A DNA stretch of 64,000 nucleotides from Candidatus Latescibacterota bacterium (lineage in GTDB: Bacteria > JAAXHH01): contig JAJEHX010000032.1 of the NCBI GenBank assembly GCA_022823465.1, positions 10,340-74,339 of the forward strand, given 5' to 3'. Below the pieces are notes generated by a model. It was given only the letters and a program-made list of their open reading frames with translations, made no database searches and had not been told where the DNA came from. Below are positions 1 through 9,723 of the stretch, in pieces. Position 1 is the first letter of the stretch. Every line of letters begins with the position of its first letter. Both the position numbers and the translations under genes were made by a program.

Positions 1-53
1 GCTGGGCCTCACGGCGAGAAAGCGATGACAGCTATCAACTGCCCGAGGTATCG

Positions 54-1484
54 TTGAATCTTCGCTTCATCCGTTCTTTCATACGGTGCTTCCTCTTCGC
101 GGGCGTCTTCTGCCAGGCCGGGGGGCCGGCCGCCGTTTCGGCGCAGGACCGGCTGGTCATCGTTTCCCCGCACTGGGAAGGCATCCGCTACGAGTTCACC
201 CGGGGGTTCGACGCCTTTTACCGGGCGGAGACCGGCCGCACGGCCGAGATCGAGTGGATGGACGTGGGCGGAACCTCCGAGATCATCCGCTTTATCAAGT
301 CGGAATACACCGGCAAGCCGGGAGGCATCGGCATCGACATGATGTTCGGCGGGGGAAGCGACCCGTTCATGGAACTGGCCCGCCTCGACCTGCTGGCGCC
401 GTACAGGCTTCCCGAAACCCTGCTTTCAAAGCTGCCCGCCGAGGTGGGCGGCTACCCGGTTTACGACGCGGAGTACCGCTGGTACGGCGCGACGATGGCG
501 GGATTCGGCATCGTGTACAACAAGCGGGTGGCGGAACTCGTGGAGCTGCCGCTGCCGGAGACCTGGGAAGACCTGACCGATCCGCGGCTATACTCCTGGG
601 TAGGCGGCGCCGATCCCAGGAAGAGCGGCAGCGCGCACGTGCCCTTCGAGATCATCCTGCAGGTCTACGGGTGGGAAAGGGGCTGGCAGATCATTACCGC
701 CCTGGGCGCCAATGCCCGGGGATTCGCCAATACCGGTAGCCAGGTGCCCAAGGACGTGACTTCCGGCGAAGTGGCCTACGGGATGGCCATCGATTTCTAC
801 GCCTGGGCCCAGATCAACGCCGTAGGGCCGGACATGATCGGCTACACCATGCCGGACAACCTCACGATCCTGAATCCCGACGGCATATCCATTCTGAAGG
901 GCGCGCCGAACATGGCCGTGGCTCAGTCGTTCCTGCGCTACATCCTGTCGGAGGCCGGACAGCGCCTGTGGATGCAGAAACCCGGCCCGCCGGGCGGGCC
1001 GGAGAAGTTCCAGCTGAACCGTTTCACCGTCCTGCCCCACCTGTACCAACGCATCGATCCGGCCCATACCTCGGTCACTTTCAATCCCTTTACCTGGGAA
1101 TCGTCCTTCGTGTACGACGCCGAGAAAGGCGCGGCGAGGCGCCATATCGTCGATGACATGATCGGCGTCTTTGTCATCGACGCCCACGCGGCCTTACAGC
1201 GCCGGTGGCGTCGCGCCATGGAGGAAGGGGACCTGGCGAGCGTTCTGCCCGCGCTTGGGTCCGTGCCCATTACGGAGGAGGAATCCCTGGCCCTGGGCGA
1301 CCAATGGCGGGACCAGGCCTTCAGAAACCGTACCCTGCTCGCGTGGAGCAGACTGGCGGCGGAGAAGTACGGATCGGGCGCGGCAGGATGGGCTGGCGCC
1401 AGGTACATGCTTTTCTCCGGAAGCGGGCTGGTGCTGGCGGGGATGGTGCTGTACCTCTGGAGGTTGAAGCGGAAAAGCGGATGA
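54..1484 (+). CDS. ABC transporter substrate-binding protein (family 1, Fe3+/polyamine type) with C-terminal TM anchor
   Basis: 476-aa ORF with a hydrophobic N-terminal signal-like segment (FLFAGVFCQAGGPAAVSA). Family-1 solute-binding look. First gene of an SBP-ATPase-permease set. C-terminal hydrophobic helix plus RLKRK tail. Confidence 0.8.
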   Translation: MNLRFIRSFIRCFLFAGVFCQAGGPAAVSAQDRLVIVSPHWEGIRYEFTRGFDAFYRAETGRTAEIEWMDVGGTSEIIRFIKSEYTGKPGGIGIDMMFGGGSDPFMELARLDLLAPYRLPETLLSKLPAEVGGYPVYDAEYRWYGATMAGFGIVYNKRVAELVELPLPETWEDLTDPRLYSWVGGADPRKSGSAHVPFEIILQVYGWERGWQIITALGANARGFANTGSQVPKDVTSGEVAYGMAIDFYAWAQINAVGPDMIGYTMPDNLTILNPDGISILKGAPNMAVAQSFLRYILSEAGQRLWMQKPGPPGGPEKFQLNRFTVLPHLYQRIDPAHTSVTFNPFTWESSFVYDAEKGAARRHIVDDMIGVFVIDAHAALQRRWRRAMEEGDLASVLPALGSVPITEEESLALGDQWRDQAFRNRTLLAWSRLAAEKYGSGAAGWAGARYMLFSGSGLVLAGMVLYLWRLKRKSG

Positions 1485-1596
1485 GGCCGGGGATTCGCCC
1501 CATCCAACGGTTCGATCGGTGCGCGGCGCGGACGGCGTAAAAAGATGCGTGGTTGTTTCATACCCTGAACGATTTTCACAACCTGGCAAACCGAGT

Positions 1597-2682
1597 ATGG
1601 TCAGTCTGACACTGCAGGGCATAACCCGGAAATTCGGTGATGTGACGGCGGTCGACGATGTCTCTCTGGAGATAACGAGGGGCGAACTGTTTTTCCTCCT
1701 GGGCCCTTCCGGCTGCGGCAAGACGACCCTCCTGCGACTGATCGCCGGGTTCTACGCGCCCGACAGGGGAAATATCCTGTTCGACGGCCAGGACGTGACC
1801 CGCACGCCTCCCCACAGGCGGAACACGGGCATGGTCTTCCAGAATTACGCCCTCTGGCCGCACATGTCCGTCTGGGAGAACGTGGCTTACGGACTCGGCC
1901 TGCGGAAGGTGCCGTCTTCGGAACAGAAGGACCGCGTCTCCGAGGCGCTCAGGATGGTTCGGATGGACGCCTACGGGGAGCGGTCGCCGAACCAGTTGTC
2001 CGGCGGCCAGCAGCAGCGCGTGGCCCTTGCCCGGGCCCTCGTGATCCAGCCCGACGTGGTGCTGCTCGACGAGCCCCTGTCCAACCTGGACGCCAGGCTA
2101 CGCCTGGAAATGCGTGATGAGATCCGGCGCATTCACGACGAGACCGGCACGACGATGATCTACGTGACACACGACCAGAAGGAGGCCCTTTCCATGGCGG
2201 ACCGTATGGCCGTGATGGACATGGGGGCCGTCGCCCAGACCGGGGACCCGCGTTCGATCTACGCCCGGCCCGTGAGTGCTTTCGTGGCCGATTTCATCGG
2301 GGAGACGAATTTCGTGGCCGGCAGGTTGACCAGCGCTGAAACGCCCCTGTCCGTAGAGACCGCTGTCGGCGTGCTCCATTCGACGGTCGAACCCGCCGAA
2401 GGCCTGTCGCCGGGAGACGAGGTGGTCTGCTCCGTGCGGCCCGAGGCCATCCGCGTTTCGGAGCCGGACGCTGCCGGCGGCGAGGAGGAAAACGTGCTGG
2501 ACGGGGTCGTCCGGCAGACCGTGTACCTCGGCGACCACGAGCAGTATTCGGTCCGGCTGGACGACGGCACGCTGGTCAAGCTGGTGGACCATCACCCCGG
2601 TCGTCGCCGTGCCGGTCCCGGTGCGCCCATCCGGTTGAAATGCGACGCGTCGCAGGTCGTCGTGCTCGGGAAACCCGGATAG
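1597..2682 (+). CDS. ABC transporter ATP-binding protein (PotA/FbpC type)
   Basis: Walker A GPSGCGKTT, signature LSGGQQQRVALARAL, Walker B VVLLDEPLS. An internal ATG at 1597 (MVSLTLQG...) was chosen over the longer ORF start at 1519. Confidence 0.9.
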   Translation: MVSLTLQGITRKFGDVTAVDDVSLEITRGELFFLLGPSGCGKTTLLRLIAGFYAPDRGNILFDGQDVTRTPPHRRNTGMVFQNYALWPHMSVWENVAYGLGLRKVPSSEQKDRVSEALRMVRMDAYGERSPNQLSGGQQQRVALARALVIQPDVVLLDEPLSNLDARLRLEMRDEIRRIHDETGTTMIYVTHDQKEALSMADRMAVMDMGAVAQTGDPRSIYARPVSAFVADFIGETNFVAGRLTSAETPLSVETAVGVLHSTVEPAEGLSPGDEVVCSVRPEAIRVSEPDAAGGEEENVLDGVVRQTVYLGDHEQYSVRLDDGTLVKLVDHHPGRRRAGPGAPIRLKCDASQVVVLGKPG

Positions 2683-2704
2683 CGATACCGCGGAGCATAT
2701 CCTC

Positions 2705-4405
2705 ATGCCCAGTTCCCGATTCGATCTCTCGGACCTCACCCCCGGCGTACTCGCCATCCTGGGCATTCTGGTCCTCTTCTTCGGCCTCTTCCTGTTCTAT
2801 CCGCTCCTGCACGTCCTGTTGAACGCCTTTTTCGCAGACGAACAGTTCTCCATCGAGTTCTTCGGACTGATGCTGCAGAGCCCGGTCCAGCAGCGCGCCC
2901 TGTTGAACAGCTTCGAACTGGGCATCGTCACCACCGCCCTGACGACCATCATCGCCCTGCCCATGGCCTACGCCCTGGTCCGGTACGATTTCATCGGCAA
3001 GGGCCTGCTGGGCGGACTCGCGCTGGTGCCCATGATCATGCCGCCCTTCGTAGGCGCCATCGGGATGAAGCAGATGTTCGCCCGGTTCGGCTCGATCAAC
3101 CTGTTCCTGCTGGAAACGGGACTCATCGACGCACCCATCGACTGGTTCGGAGGAGGCGGGTTCTGGGGCGTGGTGATCCTCGAAGCGCTGCACCTCTACC
3201 CCATCATGTACCTCAACATCGCCGCCGGACTGGCCAACGTGGACCCCAGCCTGGAGGAGTCGGCCCGCAACGTGGGCGCGGGGGGCTTCCGCCTGTTCCG
3301 CACCATCACGTTCCCGCTCATGCTGCCCGGATACTTCGCCGGCGCGATCATCGTCTTCATCTGGGCCTTCACGGACCTTGGCACGCCCCTGATCTTCGAA
3401 TTTCGCGAGGTGGTGGCCGTCCAGATCTTCAACATGGCCACCGACGTCCACGCGAATCCACTGGGATACGCCCTGGTCGTCTTCGTCGTCCTGGTCACGC
3501 TGGCGCTCTTCTACCTGTCCAAGAAGTTTTTCGGCGGCCGCCACTACGAGATGGTCGCCCGCGGACACGTGATGTCCGCCTCGCGGCGCGCTACGTCCCT
3601 CGAGACCGTGCTGATCTGGGGCATGCTCCTGTCCATCACGGGCATCGCGCTGATCCCCCATCTCAGCGTGGTCCTGACTTCCGTCACCGAGCGCTGGTTC
3701 ATGACCGTGCTGCCCTCCGACTACACTTTGGCCTACTACGGCCAGATCTTCGAGCATGACCTGACCCTGCTCTCCATCAAGAACAGCCTCTGGCTGAGCG
3801 TGATGAGCACCGTGATCGATATCGTCCTCGGCGTCGCCATCGCCTACCTGCTGACCCGGCGCCGCTTTCCCTTCAGGGACGCGCTGGACGCCGTGGCCAT
3901 GCTGCCCCTGGCCTTGCCCGGCCTGGTCCTCGCCTTCGGGTACATCTCCGGTTTTTCGGGAACCTTCCTGGACGTCCGCGTCTCCCCCGTTCCCCTGCTG
4001 ATCATCGCCTACGCCGTGCGCCGCCTGCCCTACATGGTCCGGGCGGCCTATGCCGGTTTCCAGCAGATGAGCGTGACCCTGGAGGAAGCCTCCATGAATA
4101 TGGGCGCCGGTCCCCTTCGGACGCTCTGGAAGATTACCATGCCGCTTGTACTCGCCAACGTGGCCGCCGGCGCCATCCTTTCCTTTTCCTTTGCCATGCT
4201 GGAAGTGAGCGACAGCCTTATCCTGGCGATCAAGGAACAGTACTATCCCATTACCAAGGCCATATACAGCCTCATGGGCCGCATCACCGACGGACCCTAC
4301 ATGGCCAGTGCCATGGGCATGCTGGGCATGATCCTCCTGGCATGCAGTTTGCTCTTTACAGGTAAAGTACTGGGGAAGAGAATGGGGCAGTTGTTCAAGG
4401 TGTAG
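2705..4405 (+). CDS. ABC transporter permease, duplicated two-domain (FbpB/iron(III)-type)
   Basis: 566-aa polytopic membrane ORF with two permease halves. Follows the ATPase by 22 nt. Confidence 0.85.
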   Translation: MPSSRFDLSDLTPGVLAILGILVLFFGLFLFYPLLHVLLNAFFADEQFSIEFFGLMLQSPVQQRALLNSFELGIVTTALTTIIALPMAYALVRYDFIGKGLLGGLALVPMIMPPFVGAIGMKQMFARFGSINLFLLETGLIDAPIDWFGGGGFWGVVILEALHLYPIMYLNIAAGLANVDPSLEESARNVGAGGFRLFRTITFPLMLPGYFAGAIIVFIWAFTDLGTPLIFEFREVVAVQIFNMATDVHANPLGYALVVFVVLVTLALFYLSKKFFGGRHYEMVARGHVMSASRRATSLETVLIWGMLLSITGIALIPHLSVVLTSVTERWFMTVLPSDYTLAYYGQIFEHDLTLLSIKNSLWLSVMSTVIDIVLGVAIAYLLTRRRFPFRDALDAVAMLPLALPGLVLAFGYISGFSGTFLDVRVSPVPLLIIAYAVRRLPYMVRAAYAGFQQMSVTLEEASMNMGAGPLRTLWKITMPLVLANVAAGAILSFSFAMLEVSDSLILAIKEQYYPITKAIYSLMGRITDGPYMASAMGMLGMILLACSLLFTGKVLGKRMGQLFKV

Positions 4406-4554
4406 AACCGACAAACCGGAAATCGCGTACTATATGGGAGAGCATGGAAGAGCTGAATCGGCCGGAATCGCGTCTCTGGCTGGCTGGATAGTCACGCAGT
4501 CACCGGGGAGCCACCGGCTACGACGGGTTAACCCTCAGCACGGCGGCGTGTATC

Positions 4555-5274
4555 ATGTCCACTTTCAATATGAATCCCAAACCCAGGCGTCAATCCGCGA
4601 TAGCCCGCATCCGCCAGAACATAAAGCGTACAATGGTGTCGGGCCTTATCGCGCTGGTACCCCTGACGGCCACCGTGGCCGTGCTGAGCTGGCTGCTGAC
4701 CTGGCTCGATTCCTTCGCGGCGCCGGTCATTCGCGGCCTGCTGGGCCTGGACACGCGCATACCCGGACTCGGGATCCTGCTTATGCTGGTCGTGATCTAC
4801 CTGGCCGGCTTCGTGGCATCCAACGTACTGGGCAGGAGGGTGATAGCCTGGTTCGAGGACCAGATCATGCGGCTGCCGGTCGCGCGGAGGGTATACCACA
4901 CGGTCAAGAAGCTGCTGGACACCTTCGCCATGGTGGGGGAGACGCGGGTCTGGAAGACGGTGCTGGTGGAGTATCCGCGGCGCGACGCATGGATGGTCGC
5001 TTTCATCGTCGGCGAATTCCCGAGTGAAGACAACGGGGAAGAACTGGCCAGCGTATTCGTGCCCAACACCCCTAATCCCGCGGCGGGACGTGTCGTAATC
5101 GTGCCGCGGCGGGACGTGATCCCCGTGGACCTGCCTGTCGAGGAGGCCCTGGAATTCGTCGTTTCGGGCGGGACGGCGCTCCGGAACGTACTTACCCTGC
5201 CATCGCTACGGCCCGGCGAGCGGACGGCACCCGCATCCGGGGATGAACAGACTGCACCTCCTTCCAGTGGCTGA
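4555..5274 (+). CDS. DUF502 family membrane protein
   Basis: 239-aa ORF. N-terminal basic stretch followed by TM helices (LIALVPLTATVAVLSWLL...), as recalled for DUF502 proteins. Confidence 0.7.
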   Translation: MSTFNMNPKPRRQSAIARIRQNIKRTMVSGLIALVPLTATVAVLSWLLTWLDSFAAPVIRGLLGLDTRIPGLGILLMLVVIYLAGFVASNVLGRRVIAWFEDQIMRLPVARRVYHTVKKLLDTFAMVGETRVWKTVLVEYPRRDAWMVAFIVGEFPSEDNGEELASVFVPNTPNPAAGRVVIVPRRDVIPVDLPVEEALEFVVSGGTALRNVLTLPSLRPGERTAPASGDEQTAPPSSG

Positions 5275-5467
5275 CGGCCGGCAACGCTTCCCTGAGCAAG
5301 CAGCCCGTTTGATGGAGGCCAGGGCCGAAATGGGCCGGTAATCGTTTTATTGGCAAAAGTTCCAATTGCGCTTATCTTTATACGACTGTGTTCCCGTCGA
5401 CATATGAATGAGCGCCCGTCGACACTGTTCCTGCATGGCGTAACCATCCATCAAGGGATCCCCTTCG

Positions 5468-7024
5468 ATGTTTGAACTGGTCAACCTGATCAACCTGCTG
5501 GATATATTCATCATAGCGGCCTTGATCTACAGCCTCTACATGTGGCTGAAGGGCACGCGGGCCTATCATATCCTGATCGGCCTGGGCGGCCTGGGACTCT
5601 TCTACGGCATCGCGAATTGGAGCGGACTGCTCCTGACCAGCCAGATACTGCAATACCTCCTCGGTGTTATCCTTCTCCTGATCATTGTCGTCTTCCAGCC
5701 GGAAATCAGGCAACTGCTGGAGCGGGTCAGCCCCCTGGTCATTTTCAGGCTTCAGTCCAGTCCCATATCCCGGCGCATTCTGAAGGAGATCACCGAAGCC
5801 TGTTTCGAACTGTCGGAGAAACGCATCGGCGGCCTGCTGGTCTTCCCCCGGGCGACCGGGATCTCCGGAGTCGTACAGCATGGGGTCAAGCTCGACAGCC
5901 TTGTGAGCCAGGAACTGATCGTCAGTATCTTTCATCCATCTTCGCCGATTCACGACGGCGCGATTATCGTGGAGAAGGACCGTGTGGTCGAAGCCGCCAC
6001 CTATCTGCCGCTTTCGACCAGGGACCATCTTCCCCCCCGGTACGGCACGCGGCATCGGGCGGCCCTGGGCGTGTCGGAACTCGGTGATACGTTCTGCGTA
6101 GTGGTTTCGGAGGAAAGCGGCGAGGTGTCCGTGGCTTCCGGCGGTGACATCACGGCCGTGGCCGACCGGGAGAAACTATGGCAGATTCTGGAAAAATCAT
6201 TGCTGCCGATCGAGATTCCCCGGATCAGGCCGTCGCTGCGGGAGGCGGTGGAAAAAATCGTCGCTCTTCGGCCAGGATACCGGTTCAACCGCCGCAATCT
6301 TACCGCTAAACTGGCGTCCATCGGGTTGTCCTGCCTGCTCTGGTTCACCCTAATCGGTCAGCAAAGCTCCGAAAGAGCGATCACCGACGCGCTGGAGTTT
6401 CAGAACATCCCGACGAACATCGAGTTGATCAGCTATTCGACCAACGAGGTGAACGTATGGGTGCGGGGTACTGAAGGCAGTATCGCCTCGCTTACGGCGG
6501 ATCAGGTACGCGTAATGGTCGATTTGGAAGATATCGAACCCGGGACCCATACCATTGAGCTCACGGAAGCGAACGTTGAATTGCCTTTCGGTATCAAGGC
6601 CATCTCGATCGATCCGACAAGCCTCACCATCATGTCCGATCGAATCGTGAGCAGACGAATCATGATCGATCACGAATTGACGGGCAAACTCCCGGAAGGC
6701 CTGGAAATCGCACGCGTCACCGTGGAACCGCCCTCGGTGCCGATAACAGGCCGTGAAATGGAAATCGACCAGATCGAGCGAGTGGTGACTTCGCCCACGA
6801 TCGAGCTTTCCGAACTTACCGCCAGCCGGATCTTCGATTGCCGGCTGAAGATCCTTCCGCAGGACCTGTCCTATACCTCCTTCAGCATCGAGGACCGTGA
6901 GGTCAGGGTCCATATCGATCTGCAACCCGTCGGAGCGGGTCGGTCGGCCGAGGAGGCGGACAGCCCGGCGCAGTACGTATCTTCCCTGCAGGCAAGCCCG
7001 GATAACCGGCTTGATTCACCTTGA
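5468..7024 (+). CDS. cdaA: Diadenylate cyclase CdaA fused to YbbR/CdaR-like repeat domains
   Basis: Three N-terminal TM helices. DAC motifs HDGAIIV and GTRHRAALGVSE. Then an extra TM (LASIGLSCLLWFTLIG) and YbbR-like beta repeats, all in one 518-aa ORF. Confidence 0.8.
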   Translation: MFELVNLINLLDIFIIAALIYSLYMWLKGTRAYHILIGLGGLGLFYGIANWSGLLLTSQILQYLLGVILLLIIVVFQPEIRQLLERVSPLVIFRLQSSPISRRILKEITEACFELSEKRIGGLLVFPRATGISGVVQHGVKLDSLVSQELIVSIFHPSSPIHDGAIIVEKDRVVEAATYLPLSTRDHLPPRYGTRHRAALGVSELGDTFCVVVSEESGEVSVASGGDITAVADREKLWQILEKSLLPIEIPRIRPSLREAVEKIVALRPGYRFNRRNLTAKLASIGLSCLLWFTLIGQQSSERAITDALEFQNIPTNIELISYSTNEVNVWVRGTEGSIASLTADQVRVMVDLEDIEPGTHTIELTEANVELPFGIKAISIDPTSLTIMSDRIVSRRIMIDHELTGKLPEGLEIARVTVEPPSVPITGREMEIDQIERVVTSPTIELSELTASRIFDCRLKILPQDLSYTSFSIEDREVRVHIDLQPVGAGRSAEEADSPAQYVSSLQASPDNRLDSP

Positions 7025-7058
7025 CTCAGAGATATCCCCCGGTCTATAATCCCAACTC

Positions 7059-8063
7059 ATGAGCAACGCCGTTTCGATCCGGTCATGGGCGGGGAGGATA
7101 TCTTGCGCCCTGGCCCTTTCAGCCGCTTCAGCATTCACGAACACGGGATCCACCTTCGGAATTACGCCGGAGGATGTACCGAACGGGACTGAAGTACCGG
7201 TCGAAGAGGCACATCCGGTTGCGTCGGCTGCCCGGGAAACCTCCTCCGACAGGGCCGAGGCGCCGTCCGCCGGATCAATCGCGCGTCGTGGGGAAATCCG
7301 GATACGCGCCCGTGCCGCGCTCGTGATCGATATCCAGAAGGGGGAGGTGATCTACCAGAAGAATGCCACGTCGCCGTTCCCGATCGCGAGTATCACGAAA
7401 CTGATGACCGCGGTGACCTACATGCGGATGAATCCGGATCTTGAAAAGAGCGTCCGTATCACCCGCCAGGACGTATACCGGGCGAACTGGACGAAACTCA
7501 GGTACCGGGAACAGGTCTCGGCGATGGATCTGCTATACGCCACCCTCGTCGCCTCGGACAACGCGGCGGCGCGCGCACTGGCACGCGCGTCGGGCCTGAC
7601 CATGAAAGCATTCGTGGGCCGCATGAATGAAACGGCGGCCTCCCTTGGCCTGTCGAACTCCCGTTTTACCGAGCCCACCGGACTGGACGCGGGCAATGTA
7701 TCCACGGCAGTGGATTGCGTAGCCCTACTCTGGACCGCCTTGCAGGATGAATTACTGTCGGAAATCCTGCTGGCCAGGGAGTATAAGTTCGGAACGAACA
7801 GGCGCACGCATACTATTCGGACTACCAACCGGCTGGTGCGCGATACGGTATCTGAAAGACAATGGGAAGGTGTCGGGAGCAAGACCGGCTATATCCGCCG
7901 GGCCGGATACTGTCTCGTCATGCGGGCGCTCGGCGATTCGGGCGATGATATCTACGCCGTTATTCTCGGCGGACCGACCAGCCGGACCCGGTTCACGGAC
8001 ATGCAGCGCCTGCTGGACTGGAGCATGAAGGACGGCGATCGGCCCGGGGGCGTCGACGGGTAG
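7059..8063 (+). CDS. D-alanyl-D-alanine carboxypeptidase (peptidase S11, PBP5/6-like)
   Basis: Signal peptide. SxxK (ASITKLM), SxN (ASDNAA) and KTG (SKTGY) motifs in the canonical order. Confidence 0.85.
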   Translation: MSNAVSIRSWAGRISCALALSAASAFTNTGSTFGITPEDVPNGTEVPVEEAHPVASAARETSSDRAEAPSAGSIARRGEIRIRARAALVIDIQKGEVIYQKNATSPFPIASITKLMTAVTYMRMNPDLEKSVRITRQDVYRANWTKLRYREQVSAMDLLYATLVASDNAAARALARASGLTMKAFVGRMNETAASLGLSNSRFTEPTGLDAGNVSTAVDCVALLWTALQDELLSEILLAREYKFGTNRRTHTIRTTNRLVRDTVSERQWEGVGSKTGYIRRAGYCLVMRALGDSGDDIYAVILGGPTSRTRFTDMQRLLDWSMKDGDRPGGVDG

Positions 8064-8133
8064 GGGTATTGCAACGAAAACGCATGAACCGCATCCGACG
8101 GGACGCGGTTTCAGCAGCACGCAAGGAGAAAGT

Positions 8134-8301
8134 ATGCTGGCGACGATTGGTTTCAGCGTGATTGGTACGATCATCCTGGGTCTTGTCGCGATCGGCCTGG
8201 TATACCTCATGGCCCTCGCGGGAGGCGGCCAGCGGGTACGCGCGTCCGGGCGCCGCGCAGGCGGCGGAGGGCGGCCCGGACGGCCCGGTGGTCGCAGATG
8301 A
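8134..8301 (+). CDS. Small hydrophobic protein (55 aa), absent from the ORF track
   Basis: SD-like AAGGAGAA lies 4 nt upstream of the ATG. One TM helix (MLATIGFSVIGTIILGLVAIGLVYLMAL) plus a Gly/Arg-rich tail. The stop overlaps the next gene start as ATGA. Confidence 0.5.
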   Translation: MLATIGFSVIGTIILGLVAIGLVYLMALAGGGQRVRASGRRAGGGGRPGRPGGRR

Positions 8302-9008
8302 TTGGGGGTTTGCCTAAGGTGACCTCCTTTCGAAGATGCGTGACCGGCCTCCTGCTCTGCGGCCTCGCCTCCGGGTGGACGCATGGCGAAGGGGAAGCCG
8401 CCGAAAGCGAAAACGGCAGGCTGACCATTGCGCGGATGAAGTACGACGGAGGAGGCGACTGGTACAACGATCCCGAGGCGATTCCCAACCTGGCCCGGGA
8501 ACTGCAACTGCGCGCGGGCATCGAGACGAATCTGGATCAGCGTGTCGTTACCCTGACCGACGACCAGTTGTTCTCTTCACCCGTCCTATTCATGACCGGC
8601 CACGGCGAGGTGAAGTGGACCGAGCCGGAAGTCCGGAACCTGCGCAAGTACCTGACACACGGCGGATTCCTTTACGCCGATGACGACTACGGCATGGACA
8701 GGGCATTCCGCAGGGAAATGAAAAGAGTCTTTCCCGGCCAGGAATTCGTCGAATTGCCGTTCACCCACCCGATCTACCACATCATCTACGATTTCCCGTC
8801 CGGCCCGCCCAAGCATCACGAGCACGACGGCAAGCCGCCCCAGGGGTTCGGACTCTTCCACGACGGACGCCTGGTGGTGTATTACACGTACGAAAGCAAC
8901 GTCAGCGACGGCTGGGCCGACGAAAAGACCCACAATGATCCGCCGGCGAAACGAGAAACCGCCTTTAGAATGGGGATCAACATCATCGCCTACGCGCTCT
9001 ATCATTGA
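8298..9008 (+). CDS. DUF4159 domain-containing protein
   Basis: 236-aa ORF with a signal-like N-terminus. Segment ARMKYDGGGDWYNDPEAIPNL, as recalled for DUF4159. Confidence 0.65.
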   Translation: MIGGLPKVTSFRRCVTGLLLCGLASGWTHGEGEAAESENGRLTIARMKYDGGGDWYNDPEAIPNLARELQLRAGIETNLDQRVVTLTDDQLFSSPVLFMTGHGEVKWTEPEVRNLRKYLTHGGFLYADDDYGMDRAFRREMKRVFPGQEFVELPFTHPIYHIIYDFPSGPPKHHEHDGKPPQGFGLFHDGRLVVYYTYESNVSDGWADEKTHNDPPAKRETAFRMGINIIAYALYH

Positions 9009-9136
9009 CGCGATAACCCCATGGGGATATACTGAAACCCGGAAGACGAATCGAACGTCTAAACCGTCAGAAGGCCTTTCGTCCGGCGTAACCGCAGATC
9101 AAAGATCCTCGAAGGATCCAGAAAAGGAGTACCATC

Positions 9137-9475
9137 ATGAACCTCTGGCAAACGATTAAGTCTGAATTGGACGGACCGATCGAAACCGTCCGGAAAAGTC
9201 TGTCCGGCGCGCTGGACATGGCAGAAGATCTCACGCGGAAAGGGCGGATCAAGCTGGAGATCCAGTCGGCCCGGGCCGATATCCGCAACCAGCTGACCGA
9301 ACTGGGCGGCCGCGTCCACCAGATCGTGGTCGAGGACGGCATCACCGACGTGTCGGGAGATACCGAGGTGACGGGCATCCTGGACCGCATCAAGGAGCTG
9401 CAGGGGAACATAGCGGACCGCGAAGAAGAACTGCGCCGCGAGAATGCGGAAGGCACCGAGAAGAAAGCCTCCTGA
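9137..9475 (+). CDS. Hypothetical coiled-coil protein
   Basis: 112-aa charged helical ORF. SD-like AAAGGAG upstream. A terminator hairpin lies downstream. Confidence 0.6.
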   Translation: MNLWQTIKSELDGPIETVRKSLSGALDMAEDLTRKGRIKLEIQSARADIRNQLTELGGRVHQIVVEDGITDVSGDTEVTGILDRIKELQGNIADREEELRRENAEGTEKKAS

Positions 9476-9545
9476 CACGGCGTTTTTCTGGCGCGGCGGT
9501 CCCCCGGCGCGGAGGTACCGCGCAGTCCGACCACAAGTCCACCGG

Positions 9546-9584
9546 CCCCGGCATGTCGCAGACACATGTCGGGGCTTTCTTTTA
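9546..9584 (+). terminator. Rho-independent terminator candidate
   Basis: 11-bp stem CCCCGGCATGT / ACATGTCGGGG (one G-U pair), 7-nt loop, followed by CTTTCTTTTA. Confidence 0.55.
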
Positions 9585-9723
9585 TGACGACCCGATGGAA
9601 TATCCAGGCGTCTCCCCATGCCGTTCGGAAGGGGCCCTGCCATTCCGCCAGTCCCCACGTTTTCCTTGATTTAGACCAGCGGTCCCGTACTATTTCAGGA
9701 CACCCAGTCCACCAGCGACTATC

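Noticed and set aside
1519-1596. N-terminal extensions of ORF-track entries. Start coordinates: 1519, 18029, 19677, 20906, 22964, 26156, 26866, 37049, 46885, 46891 and 51187.
   Set aside because: The extensions are Arg/Pro-rich. They overlap the preceding gene or run into divergent promoters. Internal starts give canonical N-termini (MCGR, lipoboxes, signal peptides, the VDTHTHF motif) and typical ATGA/GTGA couplings.
2576-4414. Very long antisense ORFs. Examples: 2576-4414 (-), 24136-25833 (-), 27498-29336 (+), 41795-43480 (-), 45329-46993 (+), 47911-49389 (-), 49325-50839 (-).
   Set aside because: Each lies opposite a gene with unmistakable family motifs (ABC permease, dehydratase, gltA, biotin carboxylase, proS, peptidase, argS). 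Their translations are Arg/Gly/Pro/His-rich low-complexity sequence. This is the usual stop-codon-poor antisense artefact of high-GC DNA.
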